Below, in pieces: positions 37,338 through 47,678 of a stretch of 64,000 nt of DNA; the stretch's first letter is position 1, and every line of letters starts with the position of its first letter. The DNA is from Escherichia coli (GTDB lineage Bacteria > Pseudomonadota > Gammaproteobacteria > Enterobacterales > Enterobacteriaceae), in assembly GCF_009931435.1 (NCBI RefSeq), contig NZ_CP043414.1, one strand, 5' to 3'. Both the position numbers and the translations under genes were made by a program. A model generated the notes under the pieces. The model did not search any database and was not told the DNA's origin. It worked only from the letters and a program-made list of their open reading frames with translations.

Positions 37338-38918
37338 ATGAAACAAAAGAAAGCCTGGAGTTTTTTTCAGAGCCTGGGAAAGGCATTTATGTATCCCATC
37401 GCTCTGCTAAGTGTATGTGGCATGATGTTAGGGCTAGGAAGTGGTTTAGCCAGCGATGATATGGCAAAATTAATTCCACTACTGGCTATTCCCGTAATTA
37501 AAACCATTCTTGATTTTATTGTTAGCCTTGGTTTGTTTGCCTTTGTCAATTTACCTGTATTGTTTGCGATAGCTATACCTCTGGGGTTATTAAAAGAGAA
37601 AGAGGATAAAGCCTATGGCGCTTTTTCTGGCTTAATTGGTTTCATGGCGATGCATCTGGGAACGAACTTTTATCTTAAACAACATGACTTATTGGTCGCT
37701 GCTGATCAAATGTCGACACATGGGCAAACCATTATTCTGGGAATCCAGTCCTACAATACCAGTGTGTTGGGTGGGATTATAGCAGGATTATTAGTCGCCA
37801 GTATGTATAAAAAGATCGTTAACTTACGTATTCCTGAATCATTAGGATTTTATAGTGGCCCACGCCTGGTGCCTATTATTACACTGATTGTGATGAGTGG
37901 ATTTGGTCTGATCATCCCTTTTATCTGGCCGCCATTTTTCAATCTTTTCATGCTCATTGGCCACTGGATTTCAACTTCCGGTCCTGTTGGCTATTTTTTC
38001 TATGCAGTCGCCGAACGCGTGACGATACCTTTTGGTTTAAATCACCTGGTGACGTCAGTTTTCCGCTTTACCCCCATCGGCGGATCGGCAGTGATCGGCG
38101 GCGAAGAGTATTATGGCACCCTGAACATGTTTATGGCGTACGTCAAAGAGAATGCGGTCATTCCGCTGGATTTGGCGGGGAAAATGGAACAGGGCAAACT
38201 GATGATTCAGTATGGTCTGGCTGGTGCCGCGCTGGCGATGTATCGCACTGCTCATGCTCAAAACAGAAAAGCTATCAAAGCATTGCTTATTTCCGGGGTG
38301 CTTACAGTCATTATTGGCGGCGTCAGCGAACCGATTGAGTTTCTGTTCTTATTTGTCAGTCCACTGCTGTTTGTCTTCCATGCCTTTATGAATGGATTCG
38401 CCAACATGGTCTTGCCATATATGGGCGTGAAGATGGGATTTACTGGCGATCTGATTCAATTTATTAGCTTTGGCGTATTGCGTGGCACAAGAACAGGTTG
38501 GCCAATAGCGGTGTGTGTCGAAGTGGCCTATTTCTTTATTTATTACTTTGTGTTCCGTTGGACTATTCTCAAATTTAACCTGATGACGGTAGGCCGTGAA
38601 GAGTCCAGTCCTGTCACGCTGAACGCTCATGAGGATACGGCTATAGCGGATATCCCAACGCTTGATAAATCAGAGCTGCAAGCAGCGGAGCAGATGGTTA
38701 AGGCACTTGGTGGTAAAGAGAATATTAAATCCCTGGATAATTGCGTAACTCGTTTACGTTTAACAATCGCAGATATGGGATTGATTGACGAGGCAGCAAT
38801 AAAAAGAGCTGGCGGAATTGCGGTTGTTAAACTTGATCAAAATACCCTACAAGTCATTATCGGTACTAAAGTCATCGCCTTGCGTCGGGATATGGATAAC
38901 TACATGGGGATATGCTGA
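37338..38918 (+). CDS. PTS glucose-family EIICB component (no EIIA domain)
   Basis: 526 aa; multi-TM EIIC followed by C-terminal EIIB with cysteine motif LDNCVTRLRL. Confidence 0.85.
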   Translation: MKQKKAWSFFQSLGKAFMYPIALLSVCGMMLGLGSGLASDDMAKLIPLLAIPVIKTILDFIVSLGLFAFVNLPVLFAIAIPLGLLKEKEDKAYGAFSGLIGFMAMHLGTNFYLKQHDLLVAADQMSTHGQTIILGIQSYNTSVLGGIIAGLLVASMYKKIVNLRIPESLGFYSGPRLVPIITLIVMSGFGLIIPFIWPPFFNLFMLIGHWISTSGPVGYFFYAVAERVTIPFGLNHLVTSVFRFTPIGGSAVIGGEEYYGTLNMFMAYVKENAVIPLDLAGKMEQGKLMIQYGLAGAALAMYRTAHAQNRKAIKALLISGVLTVIIGGVSEPIEFLFLFVSPLLFVFHAFMNGFANMVLPYMGVKMGFTGDLIQFISFGVLRGTRTGWPIAVCVEVAYFFIYYFVFRWTILKFNLMTVGREESSPVTLNAHEDTAIADIPTLDKSELQAAEQMVKALGGKENIKSLDNCVTRLRLTIADMGLIDEAAIKRAGGIAVVKLDQNTLQVIIGTKVIALRRDMDNYMGIC

Positions 38919-40093
38919 TGGATGTTTTTAATACTCCTATTTCCCGCAAAGGAACATATTGTACCCAATGGGACTTTTGCGAGGACAGATTTGGTGTAAA
39001 AGATGTATTACCATTCTCTATTTCAGATATGGATCTTCCGATACCGGAAGCTATCATCAGGGCATTAAAAAAACGTCTGGAACACCCGATTTTAGGGTAC
39101 AGCCGTTGGCAGCATGATGACTATCTGAATGCGATAGTCAATTGGTATCATCAACAATATAAAACTGAAATCAAACCAGAATGGATCACCTATAGCCCAA
39201 GCGTGATGTACTCCATTGCTAAAGCAATAGAGTTATTGACATCGCATGGTGATAATATTCTCGTTTTTACACCTGTCTATAATGCATTTTTTGATATAAT
39301 TAAACATAGCGAGAGAAATATTCTGACAGCCTCTTTGATTATAAAAAATGAGGGGGGCTACGCTATCAATTGGCAAGATTTTGATCTTAAGATTCAAAGC
39401 GCAAAGATGGTGTTATTATGTAATCCTCATAACCCGACAGGAACCGTCTGGTCGGAAGAAGATCTGCATAAAATCGCTGCAAGCTGTGCAAGACATAATG
39501 TCTGGTTATGTTCAGATGAAATTCACAGTGATTTTGTTTTTAATCGTAGCTTTACATCTGCGCTTAAAATAAAAAAAGAAAAAGTAGTGGTGTTTAATTC
39601 GATATCGAAGACATTTAATGTTCCTGCGCTAACAGGATCGTATATGATTTCAACTGACGATAATTTTAATCATGAGTTCAGAACGATATCAAGATATCGC
39701 GATTTTGTAAACTCCCCATCCGTACTGAATATAATTGCAACTATTATTGCCTATAACGAATGTGAGGGATGGTTAACGTCATTAAAGGCACATATTGCCT
39801 CTAACATTCAATTCACCCAGCAGTATCTGAACGAAAATACTCCAGAATTGATCGTAAGGCCTGCTGATGGTTGCTATTTTTCGTGGATAGATTGCTCTGC
39901 TATTGGTTATCCCTTTGATGAATTCTACAGTCGATTAATTCATGAAGGCAAAGTGGGCATTATGGCGGGGAATGTCTATGGAACGGAGGGGGAGGGCTAC
40001 CTTCGTCTGAACCTGGCCTGCGGTCGAGAAAAATTATATATGGGGCTTACGCGTCTTGCGAGTGTAATTAAAAATATTAATCAAGGAAAATAA
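38912..40093 (+). CDS. MalY/PatB-family PLP-dependent C-S beta-lyase (class I/II aminotransferase fold)
   Basis: 393 aa; TYCTQWDF...DRFG N-terminal motif and PLP lysine context SISKTFNVPALTG; 7-bp overlap with the PTS gene. Confidence 0.85.
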   Translation: MLMDVFNTPISRKGTYCTQWDFCEDRFGVKDVLPFSISDMDLPIPEAIIRALKKRLEHPILGYSRWQHDDYLNAIVNWYHQQYKTEIKPEWITYSPSVMYSIAKAIELLTSHGDNILVFTPVYNAFFDIIKHSERNILTASLIIKNEGGYAINWQDFDLKIQSAKMVLLCNPHNPTGTVWSEEDLHKIAASCARHNVWLCSDEIHSDFVFNRSFTSALKIKKEKVVVFNSISKTFNVPALTGSYMISTDDNFNHEFRTISRYRDFVNSPSVLNIIATIIAYNECEGWLTSLKAHIASNIQFTQQYLNENTPELIVRPADGCYFSWIDCSAIGYPFDEFYSRLIHEGKVGIMAGNVYGTEGEGYLRLNLACGREKLYMGLTRLASVIKNINQGK

Positions 40094-40095
40094 AA

Positions 40096-40692
40096 ATGAA
40101 CAGCACGGATCTTATCCATCTCATTAAACATTTTATGCGTAACGAACATAAAGCAGTTGAAGAAGTTATTGATTCCCCCCTTTCGGAGGTCGCAAATTTA
40201 ATTAAAGTATTACAGTCTTGTCAGGGGAAAGTTGTTTTTATTGGTGTCGGTAAGTCCGGTATTATTGCCCGAAAACTCGCCGCAACATTTGCCAGCACTG
40301 GAACTCCCTCGTTTTTTGTTCACGGTACTGAAGCCGTACACGGCGATCTTGGGATGGTGGCGAAAGATGATGTTGTTATTCTTATTTCAAACAGTGGTGA
40401 GACGACAGAAATCCTGGCAACACTACCTAGTCTGAAAAAAATGGGTAATTATTTGATCTCCTTTACCCGCAGTCATCGCTCATCGCTTGCGATAAGTTGT
40501 GATTTATCCGTTGAAATTCCCGTAAAAAGTGAGGCGGATAATTTAGGTTTAGCGCCGTCATGCTCATCAACAGTCGTTCTGGTTGTTGGTGATGCGGTGG
40601 CGCTTGCGCTCTCCGAATTGAAAAAGTTTACTCGTGCTGATTTCGGCTTATATCATCCAGGAGGTGCGCTCGGTATTAAAGCAAACTCATAA
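40096..40692 (+). CDS. Single SIS-domain phosphosugar isomerase, arabinose-5-phosphate isomerase-like, lacking CBS domains
   Basis: 198 aa; GVGKSGIIARKLAATFASTGTPSFFVH and SNSGET motifs resemble the KpsF/GutQ SIS domain; no CBS pair. Confidence 0.8.
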   Translation: MNSTDLIHLIKHFMRNEHKAVEEVIDSPLSEVANLIKVLQSCQGKVVFIGVGKSGIIARKLAATFASTGTPSFFVHGTEAVHGDLGMVAKDDVVILISNSGETTEILATLPSLKKMGNYLISFTRSHRSSLAISCDLSVEIPVKSEADNLGLAPSCSSTVVLVVGDAVALALSELKKFTRADFGLYHPGGALGIKANS

Positions 40693-40762
40693 TTTTAGAA
40701 TATAAAACAGTAACCGGTCACGCCATCTTTTGGGGTGGCGTTCATTGATGTGAGTGTCAGCT

Positions 40763-41710
40763 ATGAAAAACGTTCTGGTCACCGTTCCCAGCTTTTCAGC
40801 GCGTTGTGTTTCTGCCAGCAAGCTGCTAAGAGAAAATCATTTTAACCTTATTATCAAGAATAATGTGGAGCATCTGGTTAAATCAGAATCCACAGTATTA
40901 CGAGAATCTATTTGCGCAGTCATTGCCGGAAAAGATTGTTATCAAGCGGATACGTTATCGCGACTACCAGGAGTGAAAATAATATCGAGATTCGGGACAG
41001 GGATTGATAATATTGATCTTCATACGGCTCGACAATCAGGTATTGTGGTCAATAATGCTGTTGGGATTAATTCAAATGCAGTCGCGGAATTTATCATTGG
41101 TCTTATTTTTGCGAGCATGAGAAATATCCCCGGTAGCTATCATGCGATGCAAAATGGTTATTGGGGCGAGTCGCATGGCTGCGAGTTACAAGGTAAACGT
41201 ATTGGCCTGCTTGGCTACGGCAATATTGGCAAAACACTGGCGAAAAGGTTATCTGGTTTTGATGTTGAGCTTTTAGCTTTTGACAAACAACCCGATTTCC
41301 AGGCCGCAGGCAAAGATGGAGTTCAGTTCGTATCAATTGAAGATATCTTTATGCAGTCTCATGTCATCATCGTTCTTTTGCCATTTTCTCCGGAGCTGGA
41401 GAACTTCATTAGTCATAAATATTTGTCGATGATGCGCAATGGTGCTCTTATCATCAACGCCGCAAGGGGAAAGTTGCTGGATGAGGGTGCTTTACTTCAG
41501 GTAATTGAAGAACGAAATGTTTTTGCAGCGCTGGATGTGTTTAGCTCTGAACCGCTAGCGCAATTTAGCCCATTGCTACATGCCAGGAATATCATTACAA
41601 CGCCGCATATTGCGGCCGCCACCGTTGAGTCATACCAGCAAACCGGGATATACGTTGCCAGGTCGATAATAGATTTCTTTGCAGGAAGGGAGATAAAAAA
41701 CGTGCTGTGA
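40763..41710 (+). CDS. D-isomer-specific 2-hydroxyacid dehydrogenase family protein (NAD-binding)
   Basis: About 315 aa from the ATG at 40763 (a GTG at 40754 is possible); GxGxxG motif GLLGYGNIGKTLAKRL; C-terminal catalytic His region TPHIAAAT. Confidence 0.8.
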   Translation: MKNVLVTVPSFSARCVSASKLLRENHFNLIIKNNVEHLVKSESTVLRESICAVIAGKDCYQADTLSRLPGVKIISRFGTGIDNIDLHTARQSGIVVNNAVGINSNAVAEFIIGLIFASMRNIPGSYHAMQNGYWGESHGCELQGKRIGLLGYGNIGKTLAKRLSGFDVELLAFDKQPDFQAAGKDGVQFVSIEDIFMQSHVIIVLLPFSPELENFISHKYLSMMRNGALIINAARGKLLDEGALLQVIEERNVFAALDVFSSEPLAQFSPLLHARNIITTPHIAAATVESYQQTGIYVARSIIDFFAGREIKNVL

Positions 41711-41736
41711 GTTCAGCTAAGGAAGATTTCAGGTAC

Positions 41737-41770
41737 AAAAAAACCGCAATTTGTGAAACACATTGCGGTT
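41737..41770 (-). terminator. Rho-independent terminator of the tRNA-fMet operon (minus strand)
   Basis: On the minus strand, hairpin aaaccgcaatgtgtttcacaaattgcggttt followed by T7. Confidence 0.6.
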
Positions 41771-41788
41771 TATCAGCATCATAAGTGT

Positions 41789-41865
<77 letters not shown>

Positions 41866-41898
41866 TCACCGTACTGCTTTACTTCATCAAATTTTGAT

Positions 41899-41975
<77 letters not shown>

Positions 41976-42008
41976 TCACCGTACTGCTTTACTTCATCAA
42001 ATTTTAAT

Positions 42009-42085
<77 letters not shown>

Positions 42086-42293
42086 TCCGTGGATGCGCAC
42101 TATACTCCGCTCGCGTTTTCATGCAACCTTTTTTTTACCCAGATCACGGATTTGGTATGATTTTGAGCAAAAACAAATCACTAAAGCCTGTTTTTTGTGC
42201 AAAATTTGCGTCAGGGAGAGGCTGCTCATTTCATTAAACGCAGCGGTTTGTTATCTTCATTGCGCCTTATTTTTTAAACTGAAGAAGAGAACA

Positions 42294-43391
42294 ATGAAAG
42301 GACGTTGGGTAAAGTACCTTCTTATGGGCACGGTTGTGGCAATGCTTGCCGCCTGCTCTTCCAAACCAACCGATCGCGGACAGCAATATAAAGACGGGAA
42401 ATTTACCCAGCCTTTCTCTCTGGTAAACCAGCCAGATGCCGTTGGCGCGCCAATTAACGCCGGTGATTTTGCCGAGCAAATTAACCATATCCGTACTTCG
42501 TCACCGCGTCTGTATGGCAACCAGAGTAATGTTTATAATGCGGTGCAGGAGTGGCTACGCGCAGGCGGTGATACCCGCAATATGCGTCAGTTCGGCATTG
42601 ACGCCTGGCAGATGGAAGGTGCCGACAACTATGGCAACGTGCAGTTTACGGGCTATTACACGCCTGTCATTCAGGCGCGCCATACCCGTCAGGGCGAGTT
42701 CCAGTATCCTATTTACCGTATGCCGCCAAAACGTGGTCGTCTGCCGTCTCGTGCGGAGATCTACGCGGGAGCATTGAGCGATAAATACATCCTCGCTTAC
42801 AGCAACTCTCTGATGGATAACTTCATTATGGATGTGCAGGGTAGCGGGTATATCGATTTTGGTGATGGCAGTCCGCTTAACTTCTTCAGCTATGCCGGAA
42901 AGAATGGTCATGCCTATCGCAGTATTGGTAAGGTGCTGATTGACCGTGGCGAAGTGAAAAAAGAAGATATGTCGATGCAGGCGATTCGTCACTGGGGTGA
43001 AACACACAGTGAAGCCGAGGTTCGCGAGCTGCTGGAACAGAACCCGTCTTTCGTCTTCTTTAAACCGCAATCTTTTGCTCCGGTGAAAGGGGCAAGTGCG
43101 GTGCCGCTGGTTGGTCGCGCTTCAGTTGCGTCCGATCGTTCCATTATCCCGCCTGGTACAACCTTACTGGCAGAAGTGCCGCTGCTGGATAATAACGGCA
43201 AATTTAACGGTCAGTACGAACTGCGGCTGATGGTGGCGCTGGATGTCGGTGGTGCAATCAAAGGCCAACACTTCGATATTTATCAAGGTATCGGGCCGGA
43301 AGCCGGACACCGCGCAGGTTGGTACAACCACTATGGACGTGTTTGGGTGCTGAAAACCGCCCCGGGCGCAGGTAACGTCTTTAGCGGCTGA
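42294..43391 (+). CDS. mltA: Membrane-bound lytic murein transglycosylase A (lipoprotein)
   Basis: 365 aa from the ATG at 42294; signal peptide with lipobox LAACSS; the longer ORF-track start at 42012 would read through the tRNA genes. Confidence 0.9.
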   Translation: MKGRWVKYLLMGTVVAMLAACSSKPTDRGQQYKDGKFTQPFSLVNQPDAVGAPINAGDFAEQINHIRTSSPRLYGNQSNVYNAVQEWLRAGGDTRNMRQFGIDAWQMEGADNYGNVQFTGYYTPVIQARHTRQGEFQYPIYRMPPKRGRLPSRAEIYAGALSDKYILAYSNSLMDNFIMDVQGSGYIDFGDGSPLNFFSYAGKNGHAYRSIGKVLIDRGEVKKEDMSMQAIRHWGETHSEAEVRELLEQNPSFVFFKPQSFAPVKGASAVPLVGRASVASDRSIIPPGTTLLAEVPLLDNNGKFNGQYELRLMVALDVGGAIKGQHFDIYQGIGPEAGHRAGWYNHYGRVWVLKTAPGAGNVFSG

Positions 43392-43467
43392 TGTGTTATT
43401 CTGTATACCGTTTTGACGGATACGACAGGGTGAGGGATAACCTCGCCCTTTTTAATTCTGAGGTGCT

Positions 43468-44274
43468 ATGTCTGTGGTAATTAGTGATGCATGGCGTCAG
43501 CGTTTTGGTGGCACTGCGCGTCTGTATGGTGAAAAAGCGTTGCAACTGTTTGCTGATGCGCATATTTGTGTGGTCGGTATCGGTGGCGTTGGTTCCTGGG
43601 CGGCGGAAGCGCTGGCGCGCACGGGTATTGGCGCAATCACACTTATCGATATGGATGATGTGTGCGTCACTAATACCAATCGGCAAATTCACGCGCTGCG
43701 AGATAACGTCGGGCTGGCCAAAGCGGAAGTCATGGCCGAACGTATTCGCCAGATTAACCCGGAGTGCCGTGTAACGGTGGTGGATGACTTCGTGACGCCG
43801 GATAACGTAGCGCAATATATGAGTGCCGGTTATTCGTACGTGATTGATGCCATTGATAGTGTGCGACCCAAAGCGGCGCTGATTGCTTATTGTCGGCGCA
43901 ACAAAATCCCTCTGGTCACGACTGGTGGTGCTGGTGGGCAGATTGATCCGACGCAGATTCAGGTTACCGATCTGGCGAAAACGATTCAGGACCCGCTGGC
44001 GGCGAAGTTGCGCGAGCGCCTGAAAAGCGATTTTGGCGTAGTGAAAAACAGCAAAGGTAAGCTCGGCGTGGATTGCGTGTTCTCTACCGAAGCGCTGGTG
44101 TACCCGCAGTCAGACGGTACGGTGTGCGCGATGAAAGCCACGGCAGAAGGGCCGAAGCGGATGGATTGTGCATCTGGATTTGGTGCGGCGACGATGGTGA
44201 CCGCCACCTTTGGTTTTGTTGCGGTTTCTCATGCGTTGAAGAAGATGATGGCGAAAGCGGCGCGTCAGGGGTAA
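43468..44274 (+). CDS. tcdA: tRNA threonylcarbamoyladenosine dehydratase (E1-like)
   Basis: 268 aa; ThiF/MoeB-like motif VVGIGGVGSWAAEALARTGIG. Confidence 0.9.
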   Translation: MSVVISDAWRQRFGGTARLYGEKALQLFADAHICVVGIGGVGSWAAEALARTGIGAITLIDMDDVCVTNTNRQIHALRDNVGLAKAEVMAERIRQINPECRVTVVDDFVTPDNVAQYMSAGYSYVIDAIDSVRPKAALIAYCRRNKIPLVTTGGAGGQIDPTQIQVTDLAKTIQDPLAAKLRERLKSDFGVVKNSKGKLGVDCVFSTEALVYPQSDGTVCAMKATAEGPKRMDCASGFGAATMVTATFGFVAVSHALKKMMAKAARQG

Positions 44275-44278
44275 ACAA

Positions 44279-44313
44279 TCAGGTCGGATGCGACGCGAAC
44301 GTCTTATCCGACC
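44279..44313. repeat. REP-like palindrome between convergent tcdA and csdE
   Basis: caggtcggatgcgacgcgaacgtcttatccgacctg. Confidence 0.5.
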
Positions 44314-44324
44314 TGGTTTTGTGC

Positions 44325-44768
44325 TTAACCCTGCTTTGCCGCCGCGATAATCGCCTCGCTTAACGCATTCAACCCCTGACTGCGAGAGGCGCTAAGTTGC
44401 GCACGCAATCCCAGCTCATCAAACAATGCCAGCGGCGACTGTGCTTGCAATTCGGCGGCGGTTTTCCCCTCAACGGCAGTCAACAACACCGCCAGCAGGC
44501 CGCGCACAATGCGTCCTTCGCTGTCGCCAAAGAAATGCATCGTGCCGTTTTCAGCCACGGTATATCCCAGCCAGACGCGGTTTTCGCATCCGGCGATCTC
44601 TTTAGCCTGCGCTTTTAACTCGTCTGGCAAAGCTGGAAGCTGTTTCCCCAACATAATTAGCTGACGATATTTGTCTTCCCATTGAGTCAACGGCGCGAAA
44701 GTTTCGTGTAACGTCTTTACGGTAACGGTTGTGCCGAACGGATGTCCGGCGTATTGCGGGTTCGTCAT
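44325..44768 (-). CDS. csdE: Sulfur acceptor protein (SufE-like)
   Basis: 147 aa; adjacent to and overlapping csdA. Confidence 0.9.
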   Translation of the reverse strand: MTNPQYAGHPFGTTVTVKTLHETFAPLTQWEDKYRQLIMLGKQLPALPDELKAQAKEIAGCENRVWLGYTVAENGTMHFFGDSEGRIVRGLLAVLLTAVEGKTAAELQAQSPLALFDELGLRAQLSASRSQGLNALSEAIIAAAKQG

Positions 44769-45973
44769 TAATCCACCAATAATTCCAGCGCACGGTCAAC
44801 GGCATTCACCAGCGCATCTACATCACTCTTTGTATTATATGGCGCAAAAGAGGCGCGCAGTGTGCCGGTTACGCCTAATTCTGCCAGTAGCGGCTGAGCG
44901 CAATGCTGCCCGGCCCGCAGGGCAATGCCGTACTCTGCCAACAGCGTCACCATATCGCTGTGATGAACGCCAGCAAAATCAAAGGCCAGCAGGCTGGAAT
45001 CCTGGCAGCGGAATGAACGAAAGCCTGGACGTTTCGCCAGCGCTTCTTCTGCCAGCGTTGCTAAGCTACGGCTCCAGCTTTCGGCCTGGTTGATATCATA
45101 ATCTGCCAGCCATTCCAGCGCCGCGCTTAATCCTATGACACCAGCGACATTTGGCGTTCCAGCTTCCAGTTTCCACGGCGCAGATTGAGTCGTGAAGCCG
45201 TCAAAACTCACTTCGTGAACCATTTTGCCGCCGCCCAGCCAGGGCGACATCGCTTCCAGCAGTTCTGATTTGCCATACAGCACGCCGATACCTGTCGGGC
45301 CATACAGTTTGTGACCTGAAAAAGCATAGAAATCAATATCCAGTTGCTGAACATCCGCGGGGAAATGCACCGCCCCCTGAGCACCATCAACCATCACCAC
45401 CATCCCGGCTGAATGAGCAAAGGTAATCGCTCGCGCCAGATCCGGGCAACCGCCAGTAACGTTCGACATCTGACCCAACGCCAGAATCCGACTATGGGGA
45501 GTAATCAGTTCAGGCAACAAATCGATATCTGGCAACCGCTGCGCATTAAGCGGCAATTTCAGCACTTTGGCTCCGGTTTGTTGGGCGACCATCAGCCAGG
45601 GGACGAGGTTGGCGTGATGCTCTGCCACACTGACAATAATTTCATCGCCCGGTTGCAGACGCGGACGCGCATAGCATTGCGCCACCATGTTGATGGATTC
45701 AGTGGTGCCACGCGTCCAGACGATAGTTTTGTCATCTGGTGCATTCAGTAATTGCGCCACTTTTTCCCGTGCAGCTTCGTAACGCGCGGTCAGGCGTTGG
45801 GCCTCGGCAAACTGGCTACGATGGACGTTTCCGGCGCTCAGGCTGTAAAACTGTCGGGTTGCTTCAACCACGGCTTCAGGTTTAAGCGCGGTCGCGGCAC
45901 TGTCGAGATAGACGCCCGCATCCTGTAGCGCGGGAAACTGGGCGCGAAATTGCGCGGGATTAAAAACGTTCAT
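44768..45973 (-). CDS. csdA: Cysteine desulfurase / cysteine sulfinate desulfinase (PLP)
   Basis: 401 aa from the ATG at 45973; class V aminotransferase, PLP lysine context SGHKLYGP. Confidence 0.9.
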   Translation of the reverse strand: MNVFNPAQFRAQFPALQDAGVYLDSAATALKPEAVVEATRQFYSLSAGNVHRSQFAEAQRLTARYEAAREKVAQLLNAPDDKTIVWTRGTTESINMVAQCYARPRLQPGDEIIVSVAEHHANLVPWLMVAQQTGAKVLKLPLNAQRLPDIDLLPELITPHSRILALGQMSNVTGGCPDLARAITFAHSAGMVVMVDGAQGAVHFPADVQQLDIDFYAFSGHKLYGPTGIGVLYGKSELLEAMSPWLGGGKMVHEVSFDGFTTQSAPWKLEAGTPNVAGVIGLSAALEWLADYDINQAESWSRSLATLAEEALAKRPGFRSFRCQDSSLLAFDFAGVHHSDMVTLLAEYGIALRAGQHCAQPLLAELGVTGTLRASFAPYNTKSDVDALVNAVDRALELLVD

Positions 45974-46164
45974 GGTACTCCTCGGCTTGATGCACCGATC
46001 GTGACGCAAAATTCACTTTGATACAAGGAGAGTGCTAACCATCAGAATTATCTGGATATCCTGGCGAAGCCGCGTAAGTAACATATGCTAAATAGTGTTA
46101 GGCGTTAATTTTAGCCTGTTAATCAATACTATTAAGATTTATTAATCGCTTTAAGGAGAAGATG

Positions 46165-46392
46165 ATGAAAAAGACTGCCGCAATTATTTCTGCCTGTATG
46201 CTGACTTTTGCCCTGAGCGCCTGTTCCGGTTCGAACTATGTGATGCACACCAATGACGGACGTACCATCGTCTCTGACGGCAAACCACAGACTGATAACG
46301 ATACCGGTATGATTTCGTATAAAGACGCTAATGGCAACAAACAGCAGATCAACCGTACCGACGTGAAAGAGATGGTCGAACTGGATCAGTAA
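46165..46392 (+). CDS. ygdI: Small DUF903 lipoprotein
   Basis: 75 aa, lipobox LSAC; paralog of ygdR. Confidence 0.8.
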   Translation: MKKTAAIISACMLTFALSACSGSNYVMHTNDGRTIVSDGKPQTDNDTGMISYKDANGNKQQINRTDVKEMVELDQ

Positions 46393-46408
46393 TTCGCGAT
46401 CGCAAGGT

Positions 46409-46614
46409 AAAAAAAAGCACCGCAATTAGGCGGTGCTACATTAATCACTATGGACAGACAGGGTAAATGTACAGGAAGTGAAAAAAGGTAGCTTTGCTAC
46501 CATGGTCTGAATCGCAGACCAATTGCAAACACAACAACACAACATCACAACCGTAAGCCAAAAGTTCACCAGAACACGCATTCCGATAAAACTTTTCGTT
46601 CCGGCTCAGGAAGT
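46409..46614 (-). ncRNA. gcvB: GcvB small RNA (Hfq-dependent regulator of amino-acid transport)
   Basis: Minus-strand sequence begins acttcctgagccggaacgaaaag, contains the GU-rich region gttgtgatgttgtgttgttgtgtttg, ends in terminator hairpin agcaccgcctaattgcggtgct plus T8; divergent from gcvA. Confidence 0.85.
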
Positions 46615-46742
46615 GCCGCCACTATAGGTATTTGCTGGTAGAAGCTCAACGGACAATTTATAATGGCTCAGATTAAAAAAACTAATAGGTTACACAGAGT
46701 GATCTAATTGTTAAATTCATTTAACATCAAAGTTTAAAAGCC

Positions 46743-47660
46743 ATGTCTAAACGATTACCACCGCTAAATGCCTTACGAGTTTTTGATGCCGCAGCACGCC
46801 ATTTAAGTTTCACTCGCGCAGCAGAAGAGCTTTTTGTGACTCAGGCCGCAGTAAGTCATCAAATCAAGTCTCTTGAGGATTTTCTGGGGCTAAAACTGTT
46901 CCGCCGCCGTAATCGTTCACTCCTGCTGACCGAGGAAGGGCAAAGCTATTTCCTCGATATCAAAGAGATATTTTCGCAATTAACCGAAGCGACACGTAAA
47001 CTCCAGGCCCGTAGCGCCAAGGGGGCGTTGACGGTCAGTTTACTCCCCAGTTTCGCCATTCATTGGTTGGTTCCACGACTTTCCAGCTTTAATTCAGCTT
47101 ATCCGGGAATTGACGTTCGAATCCAGGCGGTTGATCGTCAGGAAGATAAGCTGGCGGATGATGTTGATGTGGCGATATTTTATGGTCGGGGCAACTGGCC
47201 GGGGCTACGGGTGGAAAAACTGTACGCCGAATATTTATTGCCGGTGTGTTCGCCGCTACTGCTGACTGGCGAAAAACCCTTGAAGACCCCGGAAGATCTG
47301 GCTAAACATACGTTATTACATGATGCGTCTCGCCGTGACTGGCAGACATATACTCGCCAATTGGGGTTAAATCATATCAACGTTCAGCAAGGACCAATAT
47401 TTAGTCATAGCGCCATGGTGCTGCAAGCGGCTATCCACGGGCAGGGAGTGGCGCTGGCAAATAACGTGATGGCGCAATCTGAAATCGAGGCCGGACGTCT
47501 TGTTTGCCCGTTTAATGATGTTCTGGTCAGTAAAAATGCTTTTTATCTGGTTTGTCATGACAGTCAGGCAGAACTGGGTAAAATAGCCGCCTTTCGTCAA
47601 TGGATCCTGGCGAAAGCCGCTGCTGAACAAGAAAAATTCCGCTTTCGTTATGAACAATAA
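46743..47660 (+). CDS. gcvA: Glycine cleavage system transcriptional regulator, LysR family
   Basis: 305 aa; recognised sequence. Confidence 0.95.
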   Translation: MSKRLPPLNALRVFDAAARHLSFTRAAEELFVTQAAVSHQIKSLEDFLGLKLFRRRNRSLLLTEEGQSYFLDIKEIFSQLTEATRKLQARSAKGALTVSLLPSFAIHWLVPRLSSFNSAYPGIDVRIQAVDRQEDKLADDVDVAIFYGRGNWPGLRVEKLYAEYLLPVCSPLLLTGEKPLKTPEDLAKHTLLHDASRRDWQTYTRQLGLNHINVQQGPIFSHSAMVLQAAIHGQGVALANNVMAQSEIEAGRLVCPFNDVLVSKNAFYLVCHDSQAELGKIAAFRQWILAKAAAEQEKFRFRYEQ

Positions 47661-47678
47661 TTTACGTAGGGTACGACC

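Larger units (their letters stand above)
36225..41736. other. Accessory islet between amiC and the tRNA-fMet cluster (five-gene PTS-linked operon; no integrase or mobility gene seen)
   Basis: AT-rich by eye relative to flanking core; five co-directional genes with short gaps or overlaps; abuts the 3' side of the tRNA-fMet genes. Confidence 0.6.

Noticed and set aside
36225-41736. Search for integrase, transposase, IS inverted repeats or att direct repeats bounding the islet
   Set aside because: No such ORF or repeat was found by eye; the islet is therefore not called a mobile element, only an accessory insertion
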